A stretch of DNA of 64,000 nt from Callorhinchus milii (taxonomy: Eukaryota). A model generated the notes under the pieces. The model was not told where the DNA came from. It was given only the letters and a program-made list of their open reading frames with translations, and did no database searches. Numbering within the stretch: the stretch's first letter is position 1; every line of letters begins with the position of its first letter. Position numbers and translations under genes: made by a program. Of the stretch, positions 26,022-40,000 are shown one piece after another. The DNA is taken from assembly GCF_018977255.1 (NCBI RefSeq), contig NW_024704742.1:92320001-92384000 (forward strand), read 5' to 3'.

Positions 26022-27165
26022 TCATAGAATCATAGAATTATAGAATCGTACAGCACAAAAAGAGGCCATTTGGCCCATCGAGTCTGTGCCGGCTCTTTGA
26101 AAAGAGCAATGCAACATCAATCCCACTCCCCAGCCCTTTCCCCATAACCTGCAAACCTGTCCTTCTCAAATACCCATCCAGCGCGTATTTAAAAGTTGCT
26201 ATCGAATCGGCCTCCACCACCCTTTCAGGCAATGTGTTCCAAAGTCGAACAACTCACTGCGTGAAAAAAATTCTTCTCACCTCCCCTCTGTTTCTTTTAG
26301 AAACTATTTTAAATCTGTGACCTCGAGTCACCGACACAGCCACCAGTGGAAACAGTTTTTCCCTTTCTAACCTATCAAATCCCCTCATGATTTTGAAAAC
26401 CTCTATTAGGTCTCCTCGTAACCTTCTATGCTCCAATGAGAATAATCCCAGCCTCTCTAACCTTTCCTCATAATCAAGGTCCCTCATTCCTGGTACCATC
26501 CTTGTAAATCTCCTCTGCACCCTTTCCAATGCCTTAACATCCTTCCTATAGTGTGGTGCTCAGAACTGGGCACAGTATTCTAACTGAGGCCTAACCAGTG
26601 TTTTATATAGGTTAATCATAACCTCCCAACTCTTGTACTCTATGCCCCTATTTATAAAGCCTAGTATCCCATATGTCATTTTTACAGCTTTATTTACCTG
26701 TCCTGCCACCTTCAAGGATTCATTTGCCTCCGCCCCCAGGTCTCTCTGTTCTTTTAACCCCCTTAAGATTGTATTACCAGCCTGTATTGCCCCCCCTCAT
26801 TCTTTCTACCAAAATGCATTACCTCACATTTCTCCACATTGAAACTCATCTGCCATGTGTCTGCCCATTTTACCATTCTGTATGTCTTCCTGCAGTTGGC
26901 TACTATCCTTCTCAGTGTTTACCACCCTACCTAACTTTGTGTCGTCCGCAAATTTGGAAATGGTACTTGTTATACCCAAGTCCCGATCATTTATATATAT
27001 TAAGAAGAGCAGTGGTCCTAATACCGATCCCTGGGGGACGCCACTGTACACTTCCCTCCAGTCAGAAAAGCAGCCGTTCACCACACCTCTCTGCTATCTG
27101 TCTCCCAGTCAGTTCTGGATCCATGCTGCCACTCTCCCTTTTATACCATGGGCTTCTATTCTTTG
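26022..27165 (-). mobile_element. CR1 3' portion (RT core to tail)
   Basis: SGVPQGSVLGPLLFLIYIND, KFADDTKL, ERVQRRFTRM and an (ATTCTATG)n tail. Confidence 0.95.
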
Positions 27166-28629
27166 TCAAATACCTGCATTTGTTTAGCTAAACTGTAATA
27201 ACTGCATTATTGTATCATCTTAAAGGTGTTTCTGCATCCAATTCAGTTCTTAGTGCCCTGGGGTTTCAGTTTGGCAGGATTAGTCATGTAGGGAAGATGT
27301 GTTAGAGAGCATTAGGAAATATAGAAATTACGACATGTCAACCTGGTACAGGTATTTATATTAAAAAAGAGCTCTGAGATAGTGACCAATAATATTTGGA
27401 GTACAAACCCACTATGCTATGAATGTAAAGCATTCATAGTTTTGCATCAAATTGTTTTTATTAACAATCTTGTAAAAATTAATGCGAAATAAGCAGGCGT
27501 TTGAACAGTTGGAATTCCTACTACGCATGCGTTTCCCTGTCCTTACTGATCCCATTCTGATTAATCACACTGACGTGTAGATACTTGTGTCATGGTGAGT
27601 GGATCCTTACAGCTCCCAGCCCCATTCATCTTTGCCTAAATCTGAATCACAGTCCTTATTTTTAAAATTTCAATCGCTTGATGTGTTACAACAATCCCAA
27701 ACAGAATCCCAAGTGCAGGGTAAAACTTACAGTAAATAACCAGCAAAAACGTAGAGGGAACATAATCTTTTTTAAAAAAAAATCTAATTGAGACACAAGT
27801 CACAATAATGTTCGTAACTTGTGTAGAAAAAGATACATTGTTAAATGATAACAAAAGTAATAATCTTTGCATTTATATAGCGCCTTATCACGTTGTTCAG
27901 ACATCTCAAAGCACTTCACAGAATATATTTGTGAAATGTAAAGTGTGTATTTTGTGGGCAAAACGCAGCAGCCACAAACAGTCGTGAATTGAGTGACCAA
28001 TTTTTATTTATCAGGACAACAAAGGAGAGGAAGGGTAAGAGAACGGCATAGAGGCTTAAGGAGGGTCCCTGGGGGTAAGAGAGGATCACAGGGTTAAGAG
28101 AGCACACCTAAATTAATAAAATACCTGTTATTTGATTTGGGTTTTAAAAACAAATCTAAAATCCCATTTATAACAATAATCCTTGCATTTGATATATTGC
28201 CTGTTATGTCAGGAAGATATCTCAAAGAAGTTACTAGGAAGTGCTGTGCCTGTACTTGTAGGCAAGCACTGCAGCCAAATTGCACACAGGAATGTCCCAC
28301 AAACAGCTATGAAGTAAGTGACCAAGGTTTGGGCAAAGTTTCAAATCTCAATTCTAAGGAAAAGATGTTACTATGAAAAAGACTTTCAGAATATCTGGCC
28401 AGACAGGTTGTGTGTGTTTTCAATAAAATGCGAAATATTTATTATGTTGTGTCATTTTTCTTCTGAACTAAACAATCGAATCTGAGTAAAGCAATACCCA
28501 TCACTCGCAATGATAGCAATGGTCTTAGTCTTAAAGGAAAAGTGTGGAGTCCAGTTTCCAATCAGTTGACTGGCAGGCTGAGGAATAAGATATGTGCATT
28601 GACAGGCCCTGCTCCCTGCCAACTTAACC

Positions 28630-30510
28630 AAGCCAGCCTGGATGACCAGGGATATTCTGTCTAGGATGAAAAAGAAGAAGACGGCGTATGACAATTGGAA
28701 GACGCAAGATACTGAGGATAGCAAAGCGCATTATAGAGAATGCAGGAGTGATCTTAAAAGAGTGATAAGACAGGCTAAAAGATCGCATGAGAAGAGGTTA
28801 GCGGCTAACATAAAGGGGAATCCTAAAATATTTTACAAGCACATAAAGGAAAAAAGGTTAAAGGTAGGGTGGGGCCAATCAAAGACGATGACGGCAATCT
28901 TGTTGTGGAGGCAGAGGGCGTGGCTGATGTACTGAACGAGTACTTTGCATCTGTCTTCACAACGGAAATGGATGCCCCAAATGCCGCAGTATTGGATGAG
29001 AGGGTAGAGGAAATAGATCAGATTACTATAGACAGAGAGAAACTTCTGAAAAGATTGACTAGTCTCAAAATTGATAAGTCACCAGGACCAGATGGGTTTT
29101 ACCCAAGGTTGCTGTGGGAGATATGGGTTCAAATAGCGGAGGCTTTGGCCATTATATTTCAATCTTCATTGGACACAGGAGTGGTGCCAAGAGACTGGAG
29201 AGTGGCTAATGTTACCCCCCTCTACAAAAAGGGGCAGAAAGACAAACCCGGAAATTACAGGCCAGTCAGCCTAACTTCGGTAATAGGAAAACTACTGGAG
29301 ACCATAATCCGGGACAGAATAAATCTCTACTTAGAGGAACATGAGGTAATTAGAGACAGCCAACGTGGATTTGTTAAAGGCAAATCTTGCCTAACAAATC
29401 TAATAGAATTTTTTGAAGAGGTGACTGCGAGGGTTGATGAGGGAAATGCGGTGGGTGTTTCTCGAAATGGAAGGAGGTGTGCAGCGGTGTCCCCCAGGGA
29501 TCGGTATTGGGACCACTGCTCTTTCTAATATATATTAATGATTTGGACTTGGGCATAGAGAGCACTATTTCCAAGTTTGCAGATGATACAAAGTTAGGTA
29601 GGGTAGTAAATAATGAGGTGGACTGTAACCAACTGCAAGCAGACATACACAGAATGGTGGAATGGGCTGACATGTGGCAGATGCATTTCAATGTGGATAA
29701 GTGTGAGGTGATACACTAGGTAGAAAAAATGATAGGAGGCAATATAGACTTGTAGCTCAATCTTAAGGGGGGTGAACGTACAGAGAGATCTGGGTGTTCA
29801 AGTAAGCGAATCATTAAAGGTAGCGGGGCAGGTAGATAAGGCAGTAAAAAGGGCATTTGGTGTACTGAGGTTTATTAGTAGGAACATAGAGTATAAGAGT
29901 AGGGAGGTTATGGTTAATCTATACAAAACACTGGTTAGGCCTCAGCTGGAGTACTGCGTCCAGTTCTGGGCACCTTACTTCAGGAAGGACATTAAGGCAC
30001 TGGAAAGGGTGCAGAGGAGATTCACGAGAATGATACCAGGAATGGGGAACCTTAGCTATGAGGACAGGCTGGAGAAGTTAGGATTTTTCCCATTAGAGCA
30101 GAGAAGGTTACGCGGGGACCTGATAGAGGTCTTCCAGATCATGAGAGGTTTCGACAGGCTAGATAAGGAAAAGCTGTTTCCACTGGTAGGTGTGTCTGTG
30201 ACCTATGGTCACAGTCTTAAGATATCTACCAAAAGAAGCAGAGGGGAGGTTAGAAATTTTTTTTTCACTCAGCGAGTTGTTCGAATTTGGAATGATCTGC
30301 CTGAAAGGGTAGTGAAGTCCGATTCGATAACAGCTTTTAAGAGAGAACTGGATAGGTATCTGGGGAAGACGGGTTTGCAGGGTTATGGGGATAAAGCTGG
30401 TGATTGGGGTTAATGAAAGTGACTTGCTCTGTCAAAGAGCCGGCACAGACTCGATGGGCTGAACGGCCTCCTTCTGTACCGTAACATTGTATGAATCTAC
30501 AAATCTATGA
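28630..30510 (+). mobile_element. CR1 ORF2 fragment with frameshifts and an internal deletion at ~29454
   Basis: PWMT, KSPGPDG, NYRPVSLTS, KSCLTNL, FADDTKL, RPQLEYCVQFW and the tail. Confidence 0.95.
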
Positions 30511-30559
30511 AAACAGCAGACAGGTTAACCAAATCATTAATCTATGCTGAGTATACCGA

Positions 30560-31126
30560 TTTCCACCTCCTTCACATTGCCCACTCCAATAGTACCTCAC
30601 ACCCAATGTAGTGAAGCCCACACTTTCGTCACCTCCCTCCTCGCTGGTCTGCCCAGCTCCACTATCCACGAAATCCAACTAATTCAAAACTCTGCAGCCC
30701 ATATACACACCTGCTCTAAATTGCGTAGCCCCATCACACCAGCCCTCGTCAGGCTCCACTGGCTCCCTATCACAGAACGGATCAACTTCACGATCCTCAC
30801 ACTCGTCTATAAATTCCTTCATGACCTGTCTCCTCCGTACCTCTCTGATCTGCTTACTCCCCACTCCATCATCGTCCATCTCCACTTGGCTGGCTCCGGC
30901 CTCCTGCTTTCAGCCACTACGTCCCGAAACTTTGGAACTAGCTGCCTCAATCCCTCCGTCGTGCCACCTCCTTCCCCATTTTCAGATCACACCTGAAGAC
31001 CTTCTTCTTCAACCGTGCTTACGTAACCTCCACCCGGCTTGGCGTCAAGTTCCGTCCCTGTTGAGCACTCCAAGATGCTACCCTGCGTAAAGGGTGCTAC
31101 ATAAATGCAAGTCGTTGTTGTTGTTG
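30560..31126 (+). mobile_element. L2 3' fragment (older subfamily)
   Basis: LIQNSAA..RLHWLPI and a tail ending in (TTG)n. Confidence 0.85.
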
Positions 31127-32473
31127 TGGTTGATTTGTCATTACTATAGGAATCGCATACTGTATTGGGCTTCACTCAAACCACCAAGAGTTCTAAAATC
31201 AAGACCCACTCTCCCAACCCATCTTGTTCCACTAAATTACCTCACCATGAAAGCCCAAGGTACACGTCTAGTAAATACACACCATATAGAGCAGCACACG
31301 TGACATATAAAGGCCTGTGTCCAAATGGTTCTCCTTTATGGTTCTGAGCTCTTGGGGATGCAGTGGAGAGGCGTCCTGGTTCATTTGTGAAATTCAGGAT
31401 CAAGCAATGAGGTGGATTTGTGGGTTACAAAGGGAAATAGATGTCCCTGCACTGCACTCATTCTGTTACATTATGATCAGTGGAATCTGTCAAATCACAT
31501 GCTATTCTTTTCCAGTTTCCATCACCTACAGTCAAAGCGCACTATAAAGTCACCCTGTTTTTGCCTTTTTCAGCCTATTCTTGCTTGTAATTTTGATCAC
31601 ATTCAGAAAAAAAATACTGAAACAGTCTAAGTAAGTGAGGTTCTGTTGTACTTGTTATAAATTACTAAACACTTAGAGGGGACATGGAAGAAAAGATCAT
31701 AATAATCTTTTCATTTGATATACAATGACAACTTACATTTATATATCTTATATAATGCCTTATCACCGGATTGGGGCATCTAAAAACGCTTTACAGGATT
31801 TACTGTAAAGTGTAGAGAATTGTAAGCCAAAGTGCAACCAATTTGTCCCACAAACAGCCATGAATTGAAAGAATGATTTTATCTGGACGATTGCTGGTCA
31901 GCACAAAGGGGAGAAACTTCCTTCCCTTTTTGAGCAGTGCCGTAGGATCTTTAACACCCACCTGAACAAGCAGATGGGATCTCAATTTGACATCTCATTT
32001 CAAAGACGGCAACTCCAAGAATGCAACAACAACAACTAGCATATATAGTGCACTTCACGCACGGTAGTGTCCTAGACCATTCTGCAACGCATCCCCAGCA
32101 CTGCCCTTGAGTGTCAACATGCACTATGCATTCAAAGGCTTGATCTGTGATTGATTGAGTGTTAAAAAGTATACATCATAGGAAAGGTCTCCTTTTGCCC
32201 TACATCATCCAGTGTTTCTGCTCCACCGATGTGGATGAATACCGGGATTTACAGAAACCAGGAGTGGAGTACAAACAAAATGAATTAGTTGGAACGTACT
32301 TACTGAAGAGTGAATACATATGATTCCAAGTATTTAATCCTTTAACTTATTTCATAGATGATGTATTGGTTCACAATACATGTTCAATATTTTTCTTATA
32401 GCTTTTGCAATCTTTAGACAACCATCAAGTGAAGAGAATTGTGAAAACCTGATAACGTAATTTATAATAAAAA

Positions 32474-32897
32474 TGATAATCCTTGCATTTGATATAGCGC
32501 CTTTCATATCAGGAGCACTTCCCAAGCACTTCACAGAATATATTGTAAAGTGTAGTGACTGGGTATTTTGTGGGCGAATGTGGCAGCCAATTTGTGCCCA
32601 CAAACATCCATGAAGTGAATGACCAATTTTATTTGGGGGACTGCTGAGAGAAATTGTTTTCTCTTTACGATTAGTGCCATGGGATCTTTTAAGTTCATTT
32701 GAACAGGCAGATAAAGCCTCGATCCAATGCCTCAAAAAAGGACAGCACCTCCAACATTGCAGCACACCTCCAGCACTGCATTGGAGTGTCAGCCTAGACT
32801 AGATGAGTTCGAAGTCCAGCCATGCGGCTTGAACCCACAATTTAACAATTATCCAACTCAGAGGTGAGAGTGCTATCGACTGAGCCAAGCTGAGCCA
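32474..32897 (-). mobile_element. Deu-domain SINE, near full length
   Basis: GGCTCAGCTTGGCTCAGTCGATAGCACTCTCACCTCTGAG head, Deu core and shared tail. Confidence 0.85.
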
Positions 32898-32919
32898 CAT
32901 TGGATGAACAACAAGATAT

Positions 32920-33262
32920 TGGTTAGAGCATTCACCTCACAAGTGAGAGGATCTTGGTTTTATACCCGGGCAGGGCAAAATGTTAAGCAAATTTCCTTGC
33001 TCCACAAGCCTCTGTTTACCTAGCAGTAAGTAGGAAACGGTTGTTAGTCGATTGGTGGATCACTTTTCCGGGGGTAATAATCCCTTAAAAAAAAGTAGTC
33101 AATCAACGCATGACTGTTTGTGTGACACTGCTGTGTGCAATTGGTTGCCGCGTTTTGCCCACAAAATATATAGTCATTCACTTTATAGTATATTCTGTGA
33201 AGCGCTTTGCAATGTCCCAAAGATGTGATAAAATGCTATATCAAATGCAAGGATTATTATTT
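32920..33262 (+). mobile_element. tRNA-derived SINE, long form, head-to-head with the Deu SINE
   Basis: tRNA head, CCTCTGTTTACCTAGCAGTAAGTAGG block and the shared 3' body. Confidence 0.85.
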
Positions 33263-34524
33263 TTATTAATAATATAGTCATACAACAACTTGCATTTATA
33301 AAGGGCCCTTCATGTGGCATTATATCTTGGCCTGCTGCACAGTGGCAGAGTCGGACGCTGAGCAGGGGAGAAGAGTGAGGAGGAGGGGACCAAAGGAGTG
33401 TAAAGGAGGTTGGTTTTAAGGTAGATAGAGAGGGGGTCAGGGCGGAGGGATAGAGTTCCAGAGGTTAGGGGCATAGTGACTGAAGACTCACCAGCCAATG
33501 GTGGCTACAGATAGCATAGCTGAATGGATGAACACTTTTATCAAAGCGAAGGATAGAAAACTAAATGATCAATAATAACCTTTAAAATGGATTGACTTGC
33601 AAATTAAATGAGCGAATTACACAAATAAGGACTGAAAGCATTAGAGTACAAAACAGCACCAAATCCATCATATTCAGATTCTGAAAGCAACATATCTGCT
33701 CCTTATAAAAAGCCAGGTAGGAATTGGTACAATACTAAGAAACATCTTACACAAAACAAGTAGGCATCCAATAACAAGTACCCAATGTTTTATTGCACAA
33801 TTGTACATTCTGGAGAAAGGAATGGAGATTTGGTGGGTTGTACATGTGTACCTTGTATTGGCTTAATCAGATTCTCGTGGCTCTTTATACACTGAGCATA
33901 TTGCCAAACTAGCAGAGAATGAAAATTTTCACCTCGTCGTAGGATACCATCAGCTACAATAAGCCTATGAAGGATGGCATGTCATCACCTCTTCTACTCT
34001 TGTTTGACTCGGGGTAAAAAAACATTAGCGAGAATAAAATCTGGCTGCCACTCAGAAAGCACAGAACCCATGTCCAAAGGCAACACTGCAAAACTATATA
34101 CAAAATACCACAAAGTTCTTGAACAATTACACAATGCCACACAATGATTATTTTTTTAACCACAAGATATAGCCGAGTAAACACAATGATGTACAAAAAC
34201 ACTTCTTGTTTTATTATAAAATTGAGTATTAATCTTTGATTATTCTACACTAAAAATAGCAACCGTGTGTAATGGGAAAATCACATTATAAATATATAAC
34301 TATAAGATTACTATTTTTGGTATTTAAGTGTATGATGGATCCCCACTCCCATTGTGAACATATTACTATAATAATAATAATAATAGTAGTAATAAGCCTT
34401 ACATTTGATAAAGCCACTGAAAAGTGGTGTGAATCTGTACATTTTGTGAGTGAATGCAGGAGCCAATTTGCACAAAGCAATATCCACAAACAACCATGGA
34501 GTGTGTGAGTCAGTGTAAGCATGG

Positions 34525-34870
34525 GTCAGTTGGAGGCACTCATCTTTGAGTCAGAAGAAGGTGGGATCAAGCCCAGGTAGGCAAGGGAGATGAGATTGAA
34601 TGGCCAATCTTGTGATCTTATGATATAATGAGTTGCCGTCCTTCAGATGAGAGGTTAAATCAAAGCCCTGTCAGTGTTGGTTCAAGTGGATGTTAAAGAT
34701 ATTATGACACTATTTGAATGAGAAGGGAGTTTCTCCCGGTGTCCTGGTCAATGTGCAAACTTGGCTGCTGATTTACCCAGAAAACACAGTCACTGTACTT
34801 TACAGTATATTCTGTGAAGCACTTTGGGACATCTGCCTGACATAAAAGGTGCTATACCAAATGTAAGGAA
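34525..34870 (+). mobile_element. Deu-domain SINE (degraded)
   Basis: GCCGTCCTTCAGATGAGAGGTTAAA..GTGGATGTTAAAGAT core. Confidence 0.75.
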
Positions 34871-35339
34871 TATAGGATTATATAAATGTAAAGTTATTGT
34901 TTTTCATTTGAGCGTTTGATCAATTATAATTCTTTGCTTGTGAAGTTACAGATACAGATCTGCTTTCATTATTTAAGTGTCTCTTATTTACATGATATAT
35001 TCAGGAACAGGAACTGAGATGCATTTCCACTCAATGCCCAGAACTGCCTCAGCTGGTTTTCTAAAAATAATACATTTCGATAACCTGACTGACTGCTGTT
35101 CTCAATTTATCTTGCTGTGACTCACTCACACTGTATAAGTATAGTTCTATGTCAAGCAGTGAATATGTTAGCTACCCATGGTTAGTTAATGCCAGCGCTG
35201 AAAAAATATTTAATCCTACTGGGTGCCAAAAATCCTAGAGGTAAATTTAAACTAGGTCCATGATAGGATACTAAGCATATGGTTATTTGGGCTGTACCTC
35301 GCCACATGGAATTAACCCTTTGTGAATCGCTAATCGCGA

Positions 35340-37055
35340 TGGACAGTCAAGGATTTGGACCTGAGCAGAGGAATTCGGACGGTGGAGGGCATAGAAAGTA
35401 AGAGGGTGGCCGAAGGCCCATTTGAAGAGGAGGGTCTTGAGACATGCTTTGAAGAAGGCAAGGGAAGGAGCGAGGCGAAGGGAATGTGGGGTGGAGCTCC
35501 AAAGGATGGGGGCAAAGAGGCTGAAGGCCCAACCGCTGATGGTGGGGCAGGCTGGGCAGGGTACATGAATCAACCCAGAACCTGCTGAATGTAGGGAACA
35601 GACAGGTTGGTGTGGGGTCACAGAGATAGGAAGGAGCAAGGTTGTGGAGAGCCTTGAAGGCGAGGGTGAGGATTTTGAACTCTATCCTCTGGGGTATGGT
35701 AAGAGTCAGTGGAGCCGGGCGAGGATGGGGAGTGATAGGGTCAAGGAGCCTGATAGTGTGAGAAGGCACAAGCTGCAGAATTCTGGATTATCTGCAGCTT
35801 GTGGAAGGAAGAGCTGGGAAGGCCGACAAGCAGGGAGTTAGCGTAATCGAGCCTGGATTTTACAAATGGATAGATGATAGTCTCAGCGGACTGCGATGTA
35901 AGACAGTGGCAGAGCCAAGCAATGGTGCGCAGGTTAGGGAAGGCAGAGCGGTTCATGGCATGGATGTGGGGCAGAAAGGACAGTTGAGGGTCAAACAAGA
36001 CAGCAAGGTTCCGACTGGCTTAGTGAGGTGGAGTGTGTACCCATGGATGGTGATGCTGTCAGTGCCTGAGGTGTGGAGGCGCTGAAGGGAGCCAATCACG
36101 ATGGTTTCGGTCTTGTTGACGTCTAACTGTAGTAAGTTGGCTCTCATCCAGAACTTGATGTCTGAGAGACTTTCTGTCAGGACAGCAGTGGTCCTGGAGT
36201 TGAGGGTGGAGGCAGAGAAATAGAGTTGGGTGTCATCCGCAAACATATGGAAGTTGACCCCAAGTCTACGGATCATGTCACCAAGAGGGAGCATGTACAT
36301 GTTGAAGAGGAGAAGACCATCATAGAGCACTGAGGAACGCCATACAAGATGTTGCAGGGGTTAGAGGAGAAGTTGTTTGTGGAGACAAAGTGGAGATGGT
36401 GTGAAAGGTTGGAACTGAACATGTCAAGGACAGAACCATGAAGGTTATAATAATAATCCTTGCATTTGATATAGCGCTTTTCACGTCTTCTCGATGACTC
36501 AAAGCGCTTCACAGAATAGACTGTAAAGTGAATTGACCGTATATTTGTGGGCAAAATGCGACAGCCAATTGTGAACAGCAGTGTCCCACAAACAGTCGTG
36601 GATTGAAAATGACCAATTTATTACTGTTTTGTTTTGGAGGGATTATTATTAGATGTGTGGAGTAAGGAAACTTGCCCAAGGTTTCACCCTGCCTGGAATT
36701 GAACCCAGGTGTCTCGCTGGGACAAGCTGAACTGAATGGCCTCTTTCTGTGTTGTAACAATCTATATAATTGAGGTGTAATTGAGTTGAGGTGAGAGGAG
36801 AGGCGTTGGATGAGGATCGAGTGGTCAACGGTATCAAAGGCAGCAGAGAGGTCAAGGAGGAAGAGGAGGCAGAGGGAGCCTTGGTCAAAGATGGACAAAC
36901 TGTTATTTGTCACTTTGACCAAGGCTGTTTCCGTGCTGTGGGAAACCCAAATGGTGGTTCGTAAAGGGAGTGGCGGAAGAGGAAGGAGCGAAGCTGGGAA
37001 GCAATGACTCATTCAAGGACATTGGAAAGGAAAGTTGGAGATGGGGAGGTAATTT
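35340..37055 (-). mobile_element. L2 RT and 3' fragment interrupted by a SINE insertion (36448-36787)
   Basis: [36 protein letters not shown] and SRLDYANSLL. Confidence 0.93.
36448..36717 (-). mobile_element. tRNA-derived SINE, short form, nested in L2
   Basis: Reverse complement of the family consensus. The L2 sequence is collinear on both sides. Confidence 0.9.
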
Positions 37056-40000
37056 GAGTGCACTCTTCTCCTGCATATTAGAATGACATAGATTGTTACA
37101 ACACAGAAACAGGTCATTCAGCTCAACTTGTCCATGCCAGTGTTTTTACTCTGTATGGGCCTCCTGCGCTTTTAATCCCCTCTCTCATACCTATTGTGTT
37201 GATGTGTCAACAAAAGGAAAGAAATAGCTAGCATTTTTATAGTGCATTCTCATGTCAAAGTATTTCACAGCACTTTACGAATATTATTAGCAAGTGTAGT
37301 GACTTGTTTGTATTTTATATTCATGTTTATAGCCCTGGTTGGCTCCCACCATCAACTTTCTGCTCGTGTTCTGCCTGAGGATTAATAAACCAGCTTCTAT
37401 GATATGACCACAAAAGACCCAGTTTAAAGTAAAGCTGTGAAGCACTTTGAGACGTCCTCTTTATATTCAAGGCAATACGACACAATGCCATAACAACTTA
37501 CATGCCTTTCACACTGGGATGAAGTCCCAAAGAATTTGACAATTCTGGCTAGGGACTGGAGCTGAGATTGGGAGTTTAGGGAGTGAGGAGGGGAAGGATG
37601 ACTGAAAAACACAAAGAGGTACCAAATGTTGTAGTTACCATATTTGTTATTTGTTATTGGTTACAAAATAGGTCTCTGGCCAGTCTAATGCCAATAAGAG
37701 AGATGTTGAAAAAAATATGTTGCTACTTTTCCAAAATGAACAATGGATGCTGAGCCAACAGAAGAATAGAGGTAAGCAAAAACAGTTGAAACAGGCAAAA
37801 AGACAGAATATGTAGAAAAGTAAAATCCCAATCATTTTTTTCTTCTTCAAATTTTTTTTTCTTTCAATTTTCTTTCTCTCTCCTTGTAGGTATTTGATTC
37901 CTTCATTCTCCTATTGGGGCACAATACCTCACAAAATGACCATAAAACAGGTGTATGTCTTGATAGTAAATGTTAATTTTGTGTTCGTGGACTGTCGTTA
38001 TATTCCAGGATAGGGCGCCAAGACGCCATCTGGCATGAAGGGCGCTATATAAATGCAAATTTTGTTGTTGTTGTACAATTTGCGGGAATTATTTGAGTTG
38101 TTATCCTCTGGATGAGCTGCTAAAATGAGGTCCTGTCTCCCTATTCAGGTGGATGTGAAAAAGAACCTATAGGACCATAGATCCATAGATATTTACAGCA
38201 CAGAAGAAAACAATTCAGCCCAACATGTCTATGCTGGCTTTTGTGCTCCTTTTAAGAGTAACCCAGGACACTTTTTGAAAGGAGAAGATTTTTTCCCTGC
38301 ATTCTGGCCAACAATCTTTCACTTAAACTGATCATTTACCTCCTGACTGTTTGTGGGACATTGTTGTGCCCAAATTAGTTCCCACATTCACCTATAAATA
38401 CACAATCACTGCACTTAACAGTAATTACTGTGAAGCACTTTGAGATGTCTTGACGTGACAAAGCACTATAATAAATGCAAGGATTATAGGATTATTTTGA
38501 CAAACCATTTGACTGGTGATACGGTAGGGGCGGGGAGGTGAGGGGCGGTGGCAGACAAGCTCCATCCAGTCCTTACTCTACAATCCATGCATTTCCAGCG
38601 TAGGTCAATGGATAGGGTCTAGAAGGCCTCAAATTCCTCACAGCCTTTTGCAGAAAGATGTTTTATAAATTAAAACCCAATTTAGTGATTTTCTAAACTT
38701 CTGCAACTGTGATCTTAAAATGTAAAATAATGATCTTAACAATCTTCAGGTAAACTGATCATTCATTTCATGGCTGTTTGTTGCTGTGTGCGATTTGGCT
38801 GCTGTGTTTGCCTACAAAAACAGTCACTACACTTGGTAACAATTGTCTGAGATGCACTCTAAGATACTTCAACATTATAAGCAATATATTAAATGCAAGG
38901 TATTATTATTGGGCTGAAACCTTGATGATTTATGAACTTCTGGAATAGCTGGGTTTTCTTTTCCATTAGCTTAAAATGCACAGATTATCTGTCGTACCCC
39001 AACTGATCACACGGTTTTATTTTAATGTAGCTTATATTCTGGATTTTTTTTAAAAAATAAAGGTTTTACATTTCTAAAAAGTACTTTGAACTAACTAATG
39101 TTTGATGTAACATTATTCAAGTGTATCTCCCAGGCAAAATCCTCACCTCATGAAAGTCAAGCTGTTGTGTGATACCTCTGCGTGTGCAGACACATCAGAC
39201 AGATTAGTGTGAGCAAAAGTGTTCAAATCAACTTAAGGGAATGGAAAGAAGAGCTGATTGCAGAGAGCTTTCACACAGTAAGTTGGACTGCAACTGGTTA
39301 TAAAACACACGTGGCTAATGGTCTGTAAAATCTTCTGGACCTTAAGGTACACGTCCGGTTCCTAAAATGTTGCATGTATCCGATTTATATCTGATTTGGT
39401 CTTCTTTCCTGCCAAATTTTATGGTTCTATAGTGATGGGAAGAACAGAAGGGTATTCTGGAAGGATGAGGTTAAATGGACTGGAGGCCTTTCCTCAACCA
39501 AACCAAACTTGTGATCTTGTGTAAGTATTGTATAACTAAACATGCTCTAGAATTCAAGATAGTGCTAACTAAATATGGTCAGTTCCAATAAAGTGAACCA
39601 GGTATTTTACACAAATTACAGTTTTCGTCTAACAAACTAGCAGGAACTATCAAGCTTGGGTTCAGAAATAAAGAACTACATAAAATTAGACAGAATCTGC
39701 AGCACTGAAACAGGCCATTCATTTTAACTAGTCAGTGCCAGTATTTGTTCTTCACATGAGCCTCCACCCAGCCTAATCCCTTTCATTCCATTCTCTCTCA
39801 TGTACATATTGCGTTTCTTCTTGAACATACTGATGCTTTCTGCTTCAGTCACAGCTTCTGGCAATGAGTAAGGGGTATCATCGGAAATATTCCAAATCCC
39901 CATATTAGGCGGGATCGATGTAGCCGTGCTCAGAGACCCACGTGAAGGACGCTATATAAATGTAAGTTGTTGCTGTTGTTGACATGAGTTCTGCATTCTT

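Noticed and set aside
28630..30413. Intact reverse transcriptase gene, or a retron/DGR-like system
   Set aside because: Typical vertebrate CR1 with frameshifts and a deleted RT motif; no prokaryotic context.
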